Of a DNA stretch of 64,000 bases, positions 1-9,739 are shown piece after piece. This DNA comes from an uncultured delta proteobacterium (GTDB taxonomy: Bacteria > Myxococcota_A > Polyangia > Polyangiales > Polyangiaceae). The DNA lies in contig CAWKKR010000008.1 in the NCBI GenBank assembly GCA_963850305.1, positions 1,056,001-1,120,000 on the forward strand, in the 5' to 3' direction. The position numbers and the translations under genes are program-made. The notes below the pieces were generated by a model. That model was not told the DNA's origin. It saw only the letters and a list, made by a program, of their open reading frames with translations, and ran no database searches. Every line of letters begins with the position of its first letter. Position 1 is the stretch's first letter.

Positions 1-2804
1 CGACTTTGTCGAACGAGCTCCTCGACGGTCTTGCGCTCCGTTGCCGCAGCCGTTCGGTCGCCGCTCTGCTCGAGCATCTCCGCAAGACGCCGGTGCGCGT
101 TCTCGAGCTCGGCGGGCGTGCCCGTTCCGAGAATGGCGCTCTCGAATTCGTAGAGCGCCTGCTTTCGTGCGCCCGTCGCCAGCAGCGCCTCACCGTAGAG
201 GCGATGCGTCTCCGCGCTTTCCATGTCCACGTAGATGGCCGCCTCACCGACCCGCCGCGCCTCTTCGGCATCCTTCCGGGCGAGCAGCAGCGTCATGAGA
301 CGGCGGTAAGAATCGCCATCGTTCTCCTCCAGCAGCACGAGCTGGCGAAGCGCTGCTATCTCCGCGTCGGGGTCCTTGTCGGACAGCTCCGCGATCTGCC
401 TGAGCGGCGCAGCCTGGGACGGATCGAAAGTGTGCGCCGCTCGTAGCGCCGCGAGCTGCGGAGCGCCGTCGGTGACCTCCGATAGCGCCATGCGCACCGC
501 GTAGCCATCGTGGCCCGCCGCGATGAGCGCGTCGACCGCCTTGACCGCTCCGGCGTGGTCGTTCGACGTCTTCGCGAGCTGCACGCGCAGCCAGAGCGCG
601 AGCCCATTCTTCGCGTCGAGTCCGAGGGCCCGATCGACGGCGTCCCTTGCCTTCTTCTCGGCGCCGACGCCCATCCACGCCAGCGCGAGCGTCGCCTGCT
701 TCGTCGCGTCCTTGGGAGCGAGCGCTGCTGCTTTGGTCGCCGAGTCCAGATCCGGCGGCCGCGTCGGTGGCGCAAACTGCCCCTTGTAGAGCGCGAGCCG
801 CGCCGAGATGACGTCGCGGAACTCGCGGTCGACGTCCTCCGCGGAGACCCCGAGCGCCTCCTTCACGACATCCGGCGTCCGGCGCCCCTCTCCCCACAGC
901 TCGAGCATCTGGCGGATCTTCGGCATCCCCCAGCGATCGGCGATGAATGCGACAATCTGAGTGGACGCATAATACGCGGTCGCCATGTCCTGCATGTCCT
1001 CGGCATGAGAGAACGCGCGGTTCATGTCCGCAACCTGGGGCAGCTGGCCGTCGATGAGCGCTTGATAGAGATCGGGATCGTATTCGCGCCGCCACTCGGG
1101 ACGCTCGACCAGCGTCTCGTACTCGGCGAGCCCTTCGGTGAACCAGCGGGGCACGTGATTCTTGGAGAGCTGCAGATGGAAGACGTGCGCCAGCTCGTGC
1201 CAGAGCGTCATTCCGATGTTGAATCGCTCGTCGCGCGGGCTCATCGCTGCCAGCGTTCGACCGAAGCAGACACCTTGAATGAACGTCTGCGGCAACCCAC
1301 TCGCCCGCACTGCGAACTGCTCGCGCACCGGGTACAGCTCGATCCCGATGGGCGTCGTGGGGACGAAGTCGTACTTCTTGGTGAACTTCGCCCACGCGCG
1401 ATCGAGCATGGCCGGCAGATACCGGTCCAGGATCGGCCGTTCGTCCTTGCTGTAGCGGATGGTGAACCGCCCGCGGGTCACGGTCTCGTAGGACTTCGGG
1501 ATCTCCTTTTCGTAGAGGTTCAGCGTGTTGTAAACGCGGACGTTGAAGGGGTCCGCGCCGAAGGCGCGCTCGAGCGAGGCCACGCCCTCGCGTTCGTCCC
1601 CGGCGCGGATCAAATTGAAGCCGAGCTGCGCGCGGACCTTCGCGTCCTCCGGGTCGGCGAGCAACGCCTCGCGCATCATCGTCACGATGTCGTCGTAGCG
1701 ATGCTCCCACTCCGCATATTCACCGACGATCTCGTAGAGACGCGAGTACCGCGGGTTTTTCGAAAGAACGTCGGTCTTGGCGCGCGCGAAGCCCGGCGCG
1801 TCGTCGGCCAGGAAGCGAATCGCAGCGCGGAGGCTCAACAGATCGAGATCCCGCGGCGTCCTCGCGAGCCCCTCGTTCACCCAGCCGTCGGCCTGGACGA
1901 AATTCATGTCGCGCAGGGCCACGCCACCGAGAACGAAGTGCGCGACCGCGAGCGACGGGTTCACGTCGAGGGCCGCCTTCGCCAGCGCTTCCGCGGCGTC
2001 GAAGTCGAGGTTGGACGCGAGCTTCACCTCGGCCATCCGCGCCAGTGCTTCCGGCTGGCGCGGCGCCTTCGCGAGCACCTCCCCGACGACTTCTTCGGCG
2101 TGCCCCGGATCGTAGCTGTCCAGAAAGAGCTCCGCGCGCCAGAGCAGCGTCTCGGCGTCGGCCGGTCCAGCGCGCTCCGACTCGTTGAAGGCGTCGTTTG
2201 CGTCCTGGGCGCTGCCGAGGAGGTAAGCAGCGCGACCCACGAGGGCGAGCGACCGGGGATCCTTGAACCCGTCGCCGTTGTATTGGTTGATGAGCGTCAT
2301 CAGAACGGGTTCCGCATCGCTCCTCTTGCCCTGCGCGAGCAGCACTTCCCCGAGCAGCACCCGCACCTCGCGTGCCGCGGGGTCACCGGCCGCGCCCGAA
2401 AGGAGTCGTTCCGCGTCCTCGACCTTGCCGAGCGCCATGAGCGCCTTGCCGCGCACACAGATCAGCGCGAACCGGATCTTCGGTGGGGCGCCGGCCGCAT
2501 CCGTCGCGGTGCTCTCCGCGAGCGCGTAGCGTCCCGTCTCGAGCAACACCTTCGCGAGGCCCAGCCGCGCCGAAGGAACGGACGGCGACACCAGAGCGCG
2601 AAAACCCGCCTCGGCCTCGGCGTAGCGACTCGTGTCGTAGTCAGCCCACGCTCGGTCGAGCGGGCTCTCGGTCGGGCGCACGGACGCTGGTTTCGGCGCG
2701 GACGTCGCAACCCGAGGGCGTGCGGACGGCACCGCGCGGGTCGCACATCCCGTCGCGGAAAGGAGTCCCAGCGCGACGAGCTGGAGTGCGCGAGCCTTGA
2801 TCAT
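1..2804 (-). CDS. TPR-rich lipoprotein with zinc metallopeptidase (peptidase MA-like) domain; 3' end runs off the window
   Basis: Translated by hand (absent from the ORF track because no stop lies in the window): MIKARALQLVALGLLSATGC lipobox, TPR-like helices, HELAH...WFTEGLAEY zinc motif. The + ORF 510..2813 is its antisense shadow. Confidence 0.85.
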   Translation of the reverse strand, partial: MIKARALQLVALGLLSATGCATRAVPSARPRVATSAPKPASVRPTESPLDRAWADYDTSRYAEAEAGFRALVSPSVPSARLGLAKVLLETGRYALAESTATDAAGAPPKIRFALICVRGKALMALGKVEDAERLLSGAAGDPAAREVRVLLGEVLLAQGKRSDAEPVLMTLINQYNGDGFKDPRSLALVGRAAYLLGSAQDANDAFNESERAGPADAETLLWRAELFLDSYDPGHAEEVVGEVLAKAPRQPEALARMAEVKLASNLDFDAAEALAKAALDVNPSLAVAHFVLGGVALRDMNFVQADGWVNEGLARTPRDLDLLSLRAAIRFLADDAPGFARAKTDVLSKNPRYSRLYEIVGEYAEWEHRYDDIVTMMREALLADPEDAKVRAQLGFNLIRAGDEREGVASLERAFGADPFNVRVYNTLNLYEKEIPKSYETVTRGRFTIRYSKDERPILDRYLPAMLDRAWAKFTKKYDFVPTTPIGIELYPVREQFAVRASGLPQTFIQGVCFGRTLAAMSPRDERFNIGMTLWHELAHVFHLQLSKNHVPRWFTEGLAEYETLVERPEWRREYDPDLYQALIDGQLPQVADMNRAFSHAEDMQDMATAYYASTQIVAFIADRWGMPKIRQMLELWGEGRRTPDVVKEALGVSAEDVDREFRDVISARLALYKGQFAPPTRPPDLDSATKAAALAPKDATKQATLALAWMGVGAEKKARDAVDRALGLDAKNGLALWLRVQLAKTSNDHAGAVKAVDALIAAGHDGYAVRMALSEVTDGAPQLAALRAAHTFDPSQAAPLRQIAELSDKDPDAEIAALRQLVLLEENDGDSYRRLMTLLLARKDAEEARRVGEAAIYVDMESAETHRLYGEALLATGARKQALYEFESAILGTGTPAELENAHRRLAEMLEQSGDRTAAATERKTVEELVRQS

Positions 2805-2982
2805 TCCGCCTAGAATGACGGAGCTCCAGTCGATGCGCCACCCCGAGACCCCAGGGCGAGACTCATGGCGTGCGAGCATGTGGCGGCGTTTGGTCGGGCC
2901 GTCGGGGGGTCGGTCACCGTTTGCTTCCGATCTGCGTGACATCTCGGCGCGGCTCCCGCTCGAGCCGTCGCGGACGCGCCCA

Positions 2983-3301
2983 TCCTGAGCGAGGACGTGT
3001 ACGTCCTGAGCGAGGACGTGTACGTCCTGAGCGAGGACGTGTACGTCCTGAGCGAGGACGCGTACGTCCTGAGCGAGGATGCGTGCGTCCTGAGCGAGGA
3101 CGTGTACGTCCTGAGCGAGGACGTGTACGTCCTGAGCGAGGACGTGTACGTCCTGAGCGAGGACGCGTACGTCCTGAGCGAGGACGCGTACGTCCTGAGC
3201 GAGGATGCGTGCGTCCTGAGCGAGGACGCGTCCGTCCTGAGCGAGGACGTGTCCGTCCTGAGCGAGGACGCGTCCGTCCTGAGCGAGGACGCGTCCGTCC
3301 T
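2983..3301. repeat. Tandem array of 15 x 21-bp units (TCCTGAGCGAGGAYGYGTNCG), followed by degenerate units
   Basis: Directly visible; period 21, units starting 2983, 3004 ... 3277. Confidence 0.98.
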
Positions 3302-3488
3302 CGCCGAGATCATGCACGTCCTCGGCGACATCATCGCCGATCGCGACGGGATCGTTCGTGATTCGAGCGCGATCGTTCGCGATCGCGTGGCGGGCACCGC
3401 GGATGACGTGCACGCGTACGACGAGTACGTCGGATTGGCCCGCGCGGTCGCGAACAACCGAGGTGCAGCAGTCCACACGCGCCGCGGT

Positions 3489-3773
3489 TCATCCGGAGCT
3501 CGCGGGCTCGTCGCGCCATCGGTTCAGGCGTCGCGGCCATGTTGCACCCGTCTTCGACGAGCGCCAGGCGGTGCGCAGCATGGCCCTTGCGTAGTCGAGC
3601 AACCACTCAGGAGCGCCGTCACCCTGGAGTGACACGACGCCATCCGCGAGCAGCACGGAGGCGCGTAACGGCCATCTCCCGGAAGGGGCAATGCTCTCGC
3701 CGACATACTCGATCCGATCGGGCAAGGGGCGCTCGAGCCGTAAGGTGATTCTGCCGCCCTGCGTGGCCGCCAT
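3489..3773 (-). CDS. Small hypothetical protein
   Basis: Protein-like ORF MAATQGGRITLRL...WPRRLNRWR with plausible codon usage. Confidence 0.65.
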   Translation of the reverse strand: MAATQGGRITLRLERPLPDRIEYVGESIAPSGRWPLRASVLLADGVVSLQGDGAPEWLLDYARAMLRTAWRSSKTGATWPRRLNRWRDEPASSG

Positions 3774-3855
3774 CGATGTCACTCACGATACCCCGAGCGC
3801 CGATGGGGGAAAACCCGAGCTTGCGGGTCACGACGTCGCGTGATGACCTGGCCGG

Positions 3856-4299
3856 GTGCCCTACGTCGTGTTCGCGCAAGTGGACGAGCTGCCCCTCGCG
3901 GCGTTGCTCGCGAACGCACGCCGGCACTTCGAGCTGTCCGTCGAGGTCCTGTCGCGCGACGAGGCGTCGCGGTCGAGCGCGCTGTCGATCACCCATGGAG
4001 CGACGACCGGCACTTTCTCCGTCGCCGTGCGGCCGAACACCGCGGAGGCGATCGTCTCTGCGCGCGCTGCCGAGCAGCGAGGACGCGCAGGAGGAATGGG
4101 CGACCTCGCCGCTCGCTGCCGGGCGGTGTGGACCGTGACCTCGGACGCGGCAGCGCCGGAATGGCTCACACTCGAGCTCACCGCGCTCCTGGCATCCGTC
4201 GCCCTCGGCCCGATCTTGCCGCCCGATCGCTCGACGCTGTTCGGCGTTCGCGGAGCGCGCGAACGCGCTGCGCTTCGCAGGGGCGAACCGCACGCCTGA
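3856..4299 (+). CDS. Hypothetical protein
   Basis: 147-aa ORF with protein-like composition, divergent from the previous gene. Confidence 0.65.
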   Translation: MPYVVFAQVDELPLAALLANARRHFELSVEVLSRDEASRSSALSITHGATTGTFSVAVRPNTAEAIVSARAAEQRGRAGGMGDLAARCRAVWTVTSDAAAPEWLTLELTALLASVALGPILPPDRSTLFGVRGARERAALRRGEPHA

Positions 4300-4399
4300 G
4301 CGTCGCGGAAGCCCGTAGATCCAGATCCGCACCAACACCCCTCTCTCCATCCGAGCGTGACGTCGGCACGGCAGGCGCGGTATGGATCGCGTCGTGGGC

Positions 4400-5896
4400 A
4401 TGATCGACTTCGCGGAGTACAGGAAGCACGACGCGGTCGGCCTTGCAGAGCTGGTTCGGCGGGGCGACGTGAGCGCGAGCGAGCTTCTCGAGGCGGCGCT
4501 CGCTCGCGACGCGGAGGTGAATCCTCGCCTCAATGCGGTCGTGATTCCGATGCACGAGATCGGCCGGCGGCGAGCACTCGAAACGCTGTCCGGGCCGTTC
4601 GCGGGCGTGCCGTTCCTCGTGAAGGATCTCGCCCAGGACGTCGCGGGCGTGATGGCCACGTCAGGGTCGAACGCGCTCCGGCGCACGCAATACGTGCCGA
4701 GCGTGAGTTCCGAGATCGTGCGGCGGTGGCTGGCCGCAGGTGTGGTCGTGTTCGGCCGGACCAACACGCCGGAGTTCGGCGCCAAGGGCATCACGGAGCC
4801 CGAAGCGTGGGGCCCGACGAAGAACCCATGGGATCTCACGCGCTCTCCGGGCGGTTCGAGTGGCGGCTCCGCGGCGGCGGTTGCAGCAGGCATCGTCCCG
4901 ATGGCAGGCGCCAGTGACGGAGGCGGCTCCATCCGCATCCCGGCCGCCTCCACGGGGCTCTTCGGGCTGAAGCCCGGCAGAGGACGCACACCCTGCGGTC
5001 CCGGCCTCGGGGAGATGTTGCACGGCGCAGCCATGAATCACGTGCTCACGCGCTCCGTGCGGGACAGCGCGCACATGCTCGACGCTACCATGGGACCCGA
5101 GGTCGGCGGCGCCGTGAGAATCGCGCCCCCCGAGCGACCGTATCGCGACGAAGTCGGACGCGATCCGGGTCGCTTGCGCATCGCGTTCAGCGGGCGATCG
5201 CCGATCGACGCGGAGGTGGATCCGTCGGTGACGGAGGCGCTGAACGACGCGGCCCGCTTGCTCGAAAGCCTCGGGCATCACGTCGAACAGGCGGAGCCGG
5301 ACATCGATGGCGCCCAGCTCGCGCGCGACTTCCTGAGTATCTGGTTTGCCAACCTGGCCGCCTACCTCGACCAGGCGAAGCGGGACCTCGGAGCGACGGA
5401 CCTGGATTTCGAGCTCGATTCCCTCGCGATGGCAGCCGTGGGGCACGCGATGAGCGCGCCCGCGTACGTGGAAGCATATCTGCGCTGGAATCAATACGGC
5501 TATGCGCTCGCGCAATTCTTCGCTCGCCGCGACGTGTACATGACGCCGACCCTGGCTCTCGGTCCGCCGAAGATCGGCGCGCTCGCGACGCCCGCGTGGG
5601 CAAGAACCGGCGTCCGCGCGGGGGTGCGCTTCGGAATGAACCGACTGATCCCGCTCGCCGCGGGCACGATCGAGCGGCTCGCCTTCGAGAACTTGAAGGG
5701 AGTGCCCTTCACCCAGCTCGCGAATCTCACCGGCGTGCCGGCGATGTCGGTTCCGCTGGCCACCTTCCCGGACGGTCTCCCGCTCGGCATTCAATTCCTC
5801 GCTGACCACGGTGGCGAGGGTCGGCTGCTGTCCCTCGCCGCGCAGCTCGAGCGAACCGCTCCCTGGGCGGCCCGTGTCCCCAGGCTGGACGGCTGA
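4400..5896 (+). CDS. Amidase (amidase-signature family)
   Basis: GVPFLVKD, GRTNTPEFG, SPGGSSGGSAAAVAAG and ASDGGGSIRIPA motifs. Start may be 4382. Confidence 0.95.
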   Translation: MIDFAEYRKHDAVGLAELVRRGDVSASELLEAALARDAEVNPRLNAVVIPMHEIGRRRALETLSGPFAGVPFLVKDLAQDVAGVMATSGSNALRRTQYVPSVSSEIVRRWLAAGVVVFGRTNTPEFGAKGITEPEAWGPTKNPWDLTRSPGGSSGGSAAAVAAGIVPMAGASDGGGSIRIPAASTGLFGLKPGRGRTPCGPGLGEMLHGAAMNHVLTRSVRDSAHMLDATMGPEVGGAVRIAPPERPYRDEVGRDPGRLRIAFSGRSPIDAEVDPSVTEALNDAARLLESLGHHVEQAEPDIDGAQLARDFLSIWFANLAAYLDQAKRDLGATDLDFELDSLAMAAVGHAMSAPAYVEAYLRWNQYGYALAQFFARRDVYMTPTLALGPPKIGALATPAWARTGVRAGVRFGMNRLIPLAAGTIERLAFENLKGVPFTQLANLTGVPAMSVPLATFPDGLPLGIQFLADHGGEGRLLSLAAQLERTAPWAARVPRLDG

Positions 5897-5898
5897 AG

Positions 5899-6660
5899 CT
5901 ACTCGATCAAAAGCGTCTCCGGATCGACTCCCGCGGCGGCCAGGGTCGCGGTCTGCATCCGTACGAGTTCCGCGATGCCCTCGAGCCCGAGGTCGACCAT
6001 GGCGTCGACGTCGCGCCGCGGCACCGCTTCACCCTCTGCCGTCCCCTGGATTTCGACGATGTCCCCCTTCGCGGTCGCGACGAGGTTCAGGTCGACTCGC
6101 GCCGTGCTGTCTTCGGCGTAACAGAGATCGAGCGCGAGCTCGCCGTCGACGTGACCGACGCTGACGGCGGCGATCTGATCGCGCAGCACGCGGCGTCCCG
6201 TCTTGCCGAGCTTCTTGGATTCTGCCACCGCGAAAGCCAGCGCCAGCCAGCCGCCCGTGACCGATGCGGTGCGCGTTCCCCCGTCGGCCTCGAGAACGTC
6301 ACAGTCGATCACGATGCTGCGTTCCCCGAGACGATCGAGGTCGACAGCCGCGCGCAACGCACGACCGATGAGCCGCTGGATCTCGCGCGACCGTCCCGAG
6401 AGCGGCCGATCGCGGCCGTCGCGATTCTCGCGTCGCTTCGGATTGGCGCGCGGGTGCATCTGATACTCCGCGGTGATCCAGCCGGTGCCCTTGCCCTTCA
6501 TGAACTCGGGCACGGATTCATCGACCGACGCGGTCACGAGCACGACCGTGCCACCCGCCCGATAGAGGACGCTGCCCTCGGACAATCGGTGGAATCGCGG
6601 CACGATCTCCACCGGACGAACGGCCCGAAGATCGCGGTCCTGGCGCTTGCTCTTTTCCAT
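5899..6660 (-). CDS. rph: Ribonuclease PH
   Basis: GWITAEY, RSREIQRLIGRALR, DVLEADGGTRTAS, LDLCYAEDS and EIQGTAEG motifs. Confidence 0.95.
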   Translation of the reverse strand: MEKSKRQDRDLRAVRPVEIVPRFHRLSEGSVLYRAGGTVVLVTASVDESVPEFMKGKGTGWITAEYQMHPRANPKRRENRDGRDRPLSGRSREIQRLIGRALRAAVDLDRLGERSIVIDCDVLEADGGTRTASVTGGWLALAFAVAESKKLGKTGRRVLRDQIAAVSVGHVDGELALDLCYAEDSTARVDLNLVATAKGDIVEIQGTAEGEAVPRRDVDAMVDLGLEGIAELVRMQTATLAAAGVDPETLLIE

Positions 6661-6737
6661 GAAGCCCGACCTTGCCACGAAAGACACGACGTGTGGTGGT
6701 GCAAGACCGCGGCCCGGCGTGTCACCATTCAACCTCG

Positions 6738-7436
6738 ATGAGCACGCCACGGTCGTTCCGGATTTCGGAGATCTTCGACAGCGTCCAGGGCGAGGGCGTT
6801 TCGGCCGGAGCGCCTGCCGTCTTCCTGAGACTCGCCGCGTGTAACCTGCGGTGTAGCTGGTGCGACACGAAATACACCTGGGACTGGAAAGCCTACGATT
6901 ACGCGACCGAGGTCCGTGAAATGACGGTCACGGACGTCGCGGACCGCGTTGCAGCGAGCGCCGACGCGCGCCTCGTCGTGACGGGCGGGGAACCTCTCTT
7001 GCAGCAATGGGCGCTCGAGGCGCTCTTTTCGGTGCTCGAGCCGGCGCGAGTCATCGAGGTGGAAACGAACGGCACCCTCGTGCCGTCCCACGATCTCGCT
7101 GCACGCGTCGACCAGTGGAACGTATCGCCGAAGCTCGCGAACAGCGGTGAGACGCTCGCGCGACGACGCTCGCTTCCGGCGCTCGCGGCGTTCAAATCCA
7201 CGGGTCGCGCGTGGCTCAAGCTCGTGATCGATGCCGAGACGGACCTCGAAGAGGCGGATGCGCTCGTGAAAGAAACATCCTGGCCGAAGGACCGCGTGCT
7301 CCTGATGCCTCGAGGCGCGTCCCGTATCGAGCTTCACGCACGGCGTGACTTCGTGTCCGCTGCCGCGACGGCGCGGGGGCTTGGTACGTCGCCACGTCTG
7401 CACGTGGAACGCTGGGACGGCCGGCGCGGCGTCTGA
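6738..7436 (+). CDS. queE: 7-carboxy-7-deazaguanine synthase (radical SAM)
   Basis: EIFDSVQGEG, CNLRCSWCDT (CxxxCxxC), TGGEPLLQ, ETNG, VSPK, PRLH. Confidence 0.9.
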   Translation: MSTPRSFRISEIFDSVQGEGVSAGAPAVFLRLAACNLRCSWCDTKYTWDWKAYDYATEVREMTVTDVADRVAASADARLVVTGGEPLLQQWALEALFSVLEPARVIEVETNGTLVPSHDLAARVDQWNVSPKLANSGETLARRRSLPALAAFKSTGRAWLKLVIDAETDLEEADALVKETSWPKDRVLLMPRGASRIELHARRDFVSAAATARGLGTSPRLHVERWDGRRGV

Positions 7437-7462
7437 GCCGATCGTCCCCGGACCGGAGGGCG

Positions 7463-9739
7463 TCAGTATCCGAATACCTTCAGCGCCGCCTGCGTGTCCG
7501 AATCGAGACCGGCGAGAATGGGCTTCCTCCCGGACGCCGCGGCGCGCGCGCGCGCCGACGTCTCGGCGAGGTAGGTCTTTTGCCAGAGAGCGGCAGCAGC
7601 CAGGGGGTTGTCGGCAAGGACGTCCGAGGCGCATGCGGGGTCCACGTCGATCTGACACAAGGTCGGTCGTCTTCCGAAGTCGCCGGAGAGCAGCCACGAA
7701 CCCCAGCGTGTCGCGTAGCGCGCACCCAAGGTGGCAACGAGTGGGTGTCCGTCGAGCGGCAAGTTGCCTCGCGCGATCCCGAACAGGTCGGCCCCGTCGA
7801 GCCCGTCCGTGCTCGAGCCGAGAGCGTGAAGCAGCGTGGCGGTGACGTCGATGGTGGTCACGGGCGTGTCGATTTCCGTTCCGGCGAGTGCGCTGCCCGG
7901 AAACTTCACGACGAGCGGGGAGAGCAGCACGTCCTCGTGGAGCGGCGGCACGGGCGCGAACGGAATGCCCGGCGGATCGCCGGCGCCGACGTCACCCATG
8001 AAGACGACGAGCGCGCGGTCGTAGAGCCCGTCGCGATCGAGCTCTTGGATGATCTCGAGAATGCCCGCATCTTGCTTCTTGAGCGCCGTCTGCTCGAGGG
8101 CGCGCATCCGGCGGAAGTCATCGCCGGAGAGGCGCTGATCGGCGGCGCGCCGGTAATGCTGGGAGCGCAGGTTGGCGAGGACGATGGCACCCGCGCGCGG
8201 TTCGAGAGGGCCGGAGTACTCCGCCGGCGGCAGGGTCCCGACCTCGTCACGCGTGACGTCCCACGGCGGATGGCCGCCCCGCGCGTGAACGACGAGCAAG
8301 AGCTTCGCGGAGGGGTCCAGCGCGACCTGCTGTTTGATCCATGCCGCGCCATCCGAAAGCGGCTGAGAGGCGGCGATGTCCTTCACCGGCGAGTCCGCGT
8401 CGTACCGATCCCAGCCCCGATCGAAGCCGAACGCCGGGAACGTCGTCGGGACGCCGGTGAGGAACGCCGCGTGGGCGCTGCCTTCCTTCACGCGCTCGTC
8501 GATGAGTCGGACGTCATCGGGTAATCGCGACATCGCGTCTTCAAAGCTCTGCGCGTGGGGCGAGAGACCGGTGAGCAAGGAGGCAACCACCGGACCGGCG
8601 ACGGTCGTCGGCGCACGGTAGCGATCGAACGCCACGCCGTCGCGAACCAGTCGGGAGATTGCCGGAAATCCGTCGGGCGAGCTCCACGGCGGCACCATCC
8701 GGTGGTCGAGCCCCGCCGCGACGATGATGACGGCAATGGACGCAGGCGGCGACCACCAGGGTGCGTCGGGGGTCGACACGGTTTCGGGCTCGCCGAACGC
8801 GACGCGCCCCCCGCCGATGGAATCCAGGGCGTCGAGTTCGATGCCGACGACGCGTCCGATATACGGAACGAGGTCCGCGTCGACACGCGACCAGGCAGCG
8901 CCAGTTCCACCGCTGACGGTTCGTTCCACGAGTGTCCGGGGAGCGCTTCCGTCCTCGATCACACGGATCCGAGCGGTGCCGTGGCCGTTGCCCCAATACC
9001 CGAGGCTCGTCCTGAACCGCATGCCCGCGGCTACCCGCATGGCGCAGCGCACCCGGGAATCCGAGCGCAGAACGATGGCTCGCTTCGGCAGCCCTTCGAG
9101 AACGACGTCCGTGACGACGTCGCGCAACGTCGGCGCGGCGTAGCTATCGTTTCCAGCCTCGACCGGCGGCGGCCCGAGACGGACCCAGTCGAGATTCGCA
9201 TATGGCTCGTCGGCGCCGAGAGAGGCACCGTTGAACCGAAACGTGACCGTATGCGCCCCTGCCGCCAGTTCGTCGATCGGCACCGTCGTGACGACTCCGG
9301 GTGCGTCGCGCGGCAGCGCCAGGACACCGAGGCGCCGATCGTCCACGTATACGCTCACCCAGTGAGACGTGACGCCTTGGGCGCGGAACGACACCGTGAA
9401 TCGCGCGACCTTCTCGAACAGCGAGAACTCGTACGCCAGCCGCCGGGTGTGAACGCGCGCGAACGCGCCGTCCGTTCCTTCTTGAAGCGTGACGTCGGTG
9501 AAAGGACCCATCGAGTGGTCACGACGTGCGTCGACGGATCCAGCCCCGACGTCCAGAAACACGCCTTCGTGCTCGATGTCGCAGCTCGGTAGCTCCCGGA
9601 TCCAGTCAGTTGCCGCCCGCGGTCCCGACCTGGTGGTCACTGCGGCTGGGGAGATCTGTCGAGGCTTCGGCGCGTCCGGATCGCTCTTCTGGCAGCGCCC
9701 GAGGAGTCCGAGCGCAACGACGAACACCGACCATTTCAC
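7463..9739 (-). CDS. Secreted or lipoprotein sulfatase-like protein, apparently degenerate active site
   Basis: C-terminal alkaline-phosphatase/sulfatase fold (GVAF...ASLLTG, GFDRGWD, PLVVKFPG, IDVTATLL). GTG start overlaps the upstream TGA. Confidence 0.8.
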   Translation of the reverse strand: MKWSVFVVALGLLGRCQKSDPDAPKPRQISPAAVTTRSGPRAATDWIRELPSCDIEHEGVFLDVGAGSVDARRDHSMGPFTDVTLQEGTDGAFARVHTRRLAYEFSLFEKVARFTVSFRAQGVTSHWVSVYVDDRRLGVLALPRDAPGVVTTVPIDELAAGAHTVTFRFNGASLGADEPYANLDWVRLGPPPVEAGNDSYAAPTLRDVVTDVVLEGLPKRAIVLRSDSRVRCAMRVAAGMRFRTSLGYWGNGHGTARIRVIEDGSAPRTLVERTVSGGTGAAWSRVDADLVPYIGRVVGIELDALDSIGGGRVAFGEPETVSTPDAPWWSPPASIAVIIVAAGLDHRMVPPWSSPDGFPAISRLVRDGVAFDRYRAPTTVAGPVVASLLTGLSPHAQSFEDAMSRLPDDVRLIDERVKEGSAHAAFLTGVPTTFPAFGFDRGWDRYDADSPVKDIAASQPLSDGAAWIKQQVALDPSAKLLLVVHARGGHPPWDVTRDEVGTLPPAEYSGPLEPRAGAIVLANLRSQHYRRAADQRLSGDDFRRMRALEQTALKKQDAGILEIIQELDRDGLYDRALVVFMGDVGAGDPPGIPFAPVPPLHEDVLLSPLVVKFPGSALAGTEIDTPVTTIDVTATLLHALGSSTDGLDGADLFGIARGNLPLDGHPLVATLGARYATRWGSWLLSGDFGRRPTLCQIDVDPACASDVLADNPLAAAALWQKTYLAETSARARAAASGRKPILAGLDSDTQAALKVFGY

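Noticed and set aside
510..2813. 767-aa + strand ORF
   Set aside because: Antisense shadow of the minus-strand TPR/peptidase gene; Arg-rich and without motifs.
2983..3301. CRISPR array
   Set aside because: The variable part is only 4 nt and recurs, the period is 21 bp, and there are no cas genes.
7396..7411. Second parS site in queE (CACGTGGAACG)
   Set aside because: Only the right half matches, and it is explained by the conserved LHV codons.
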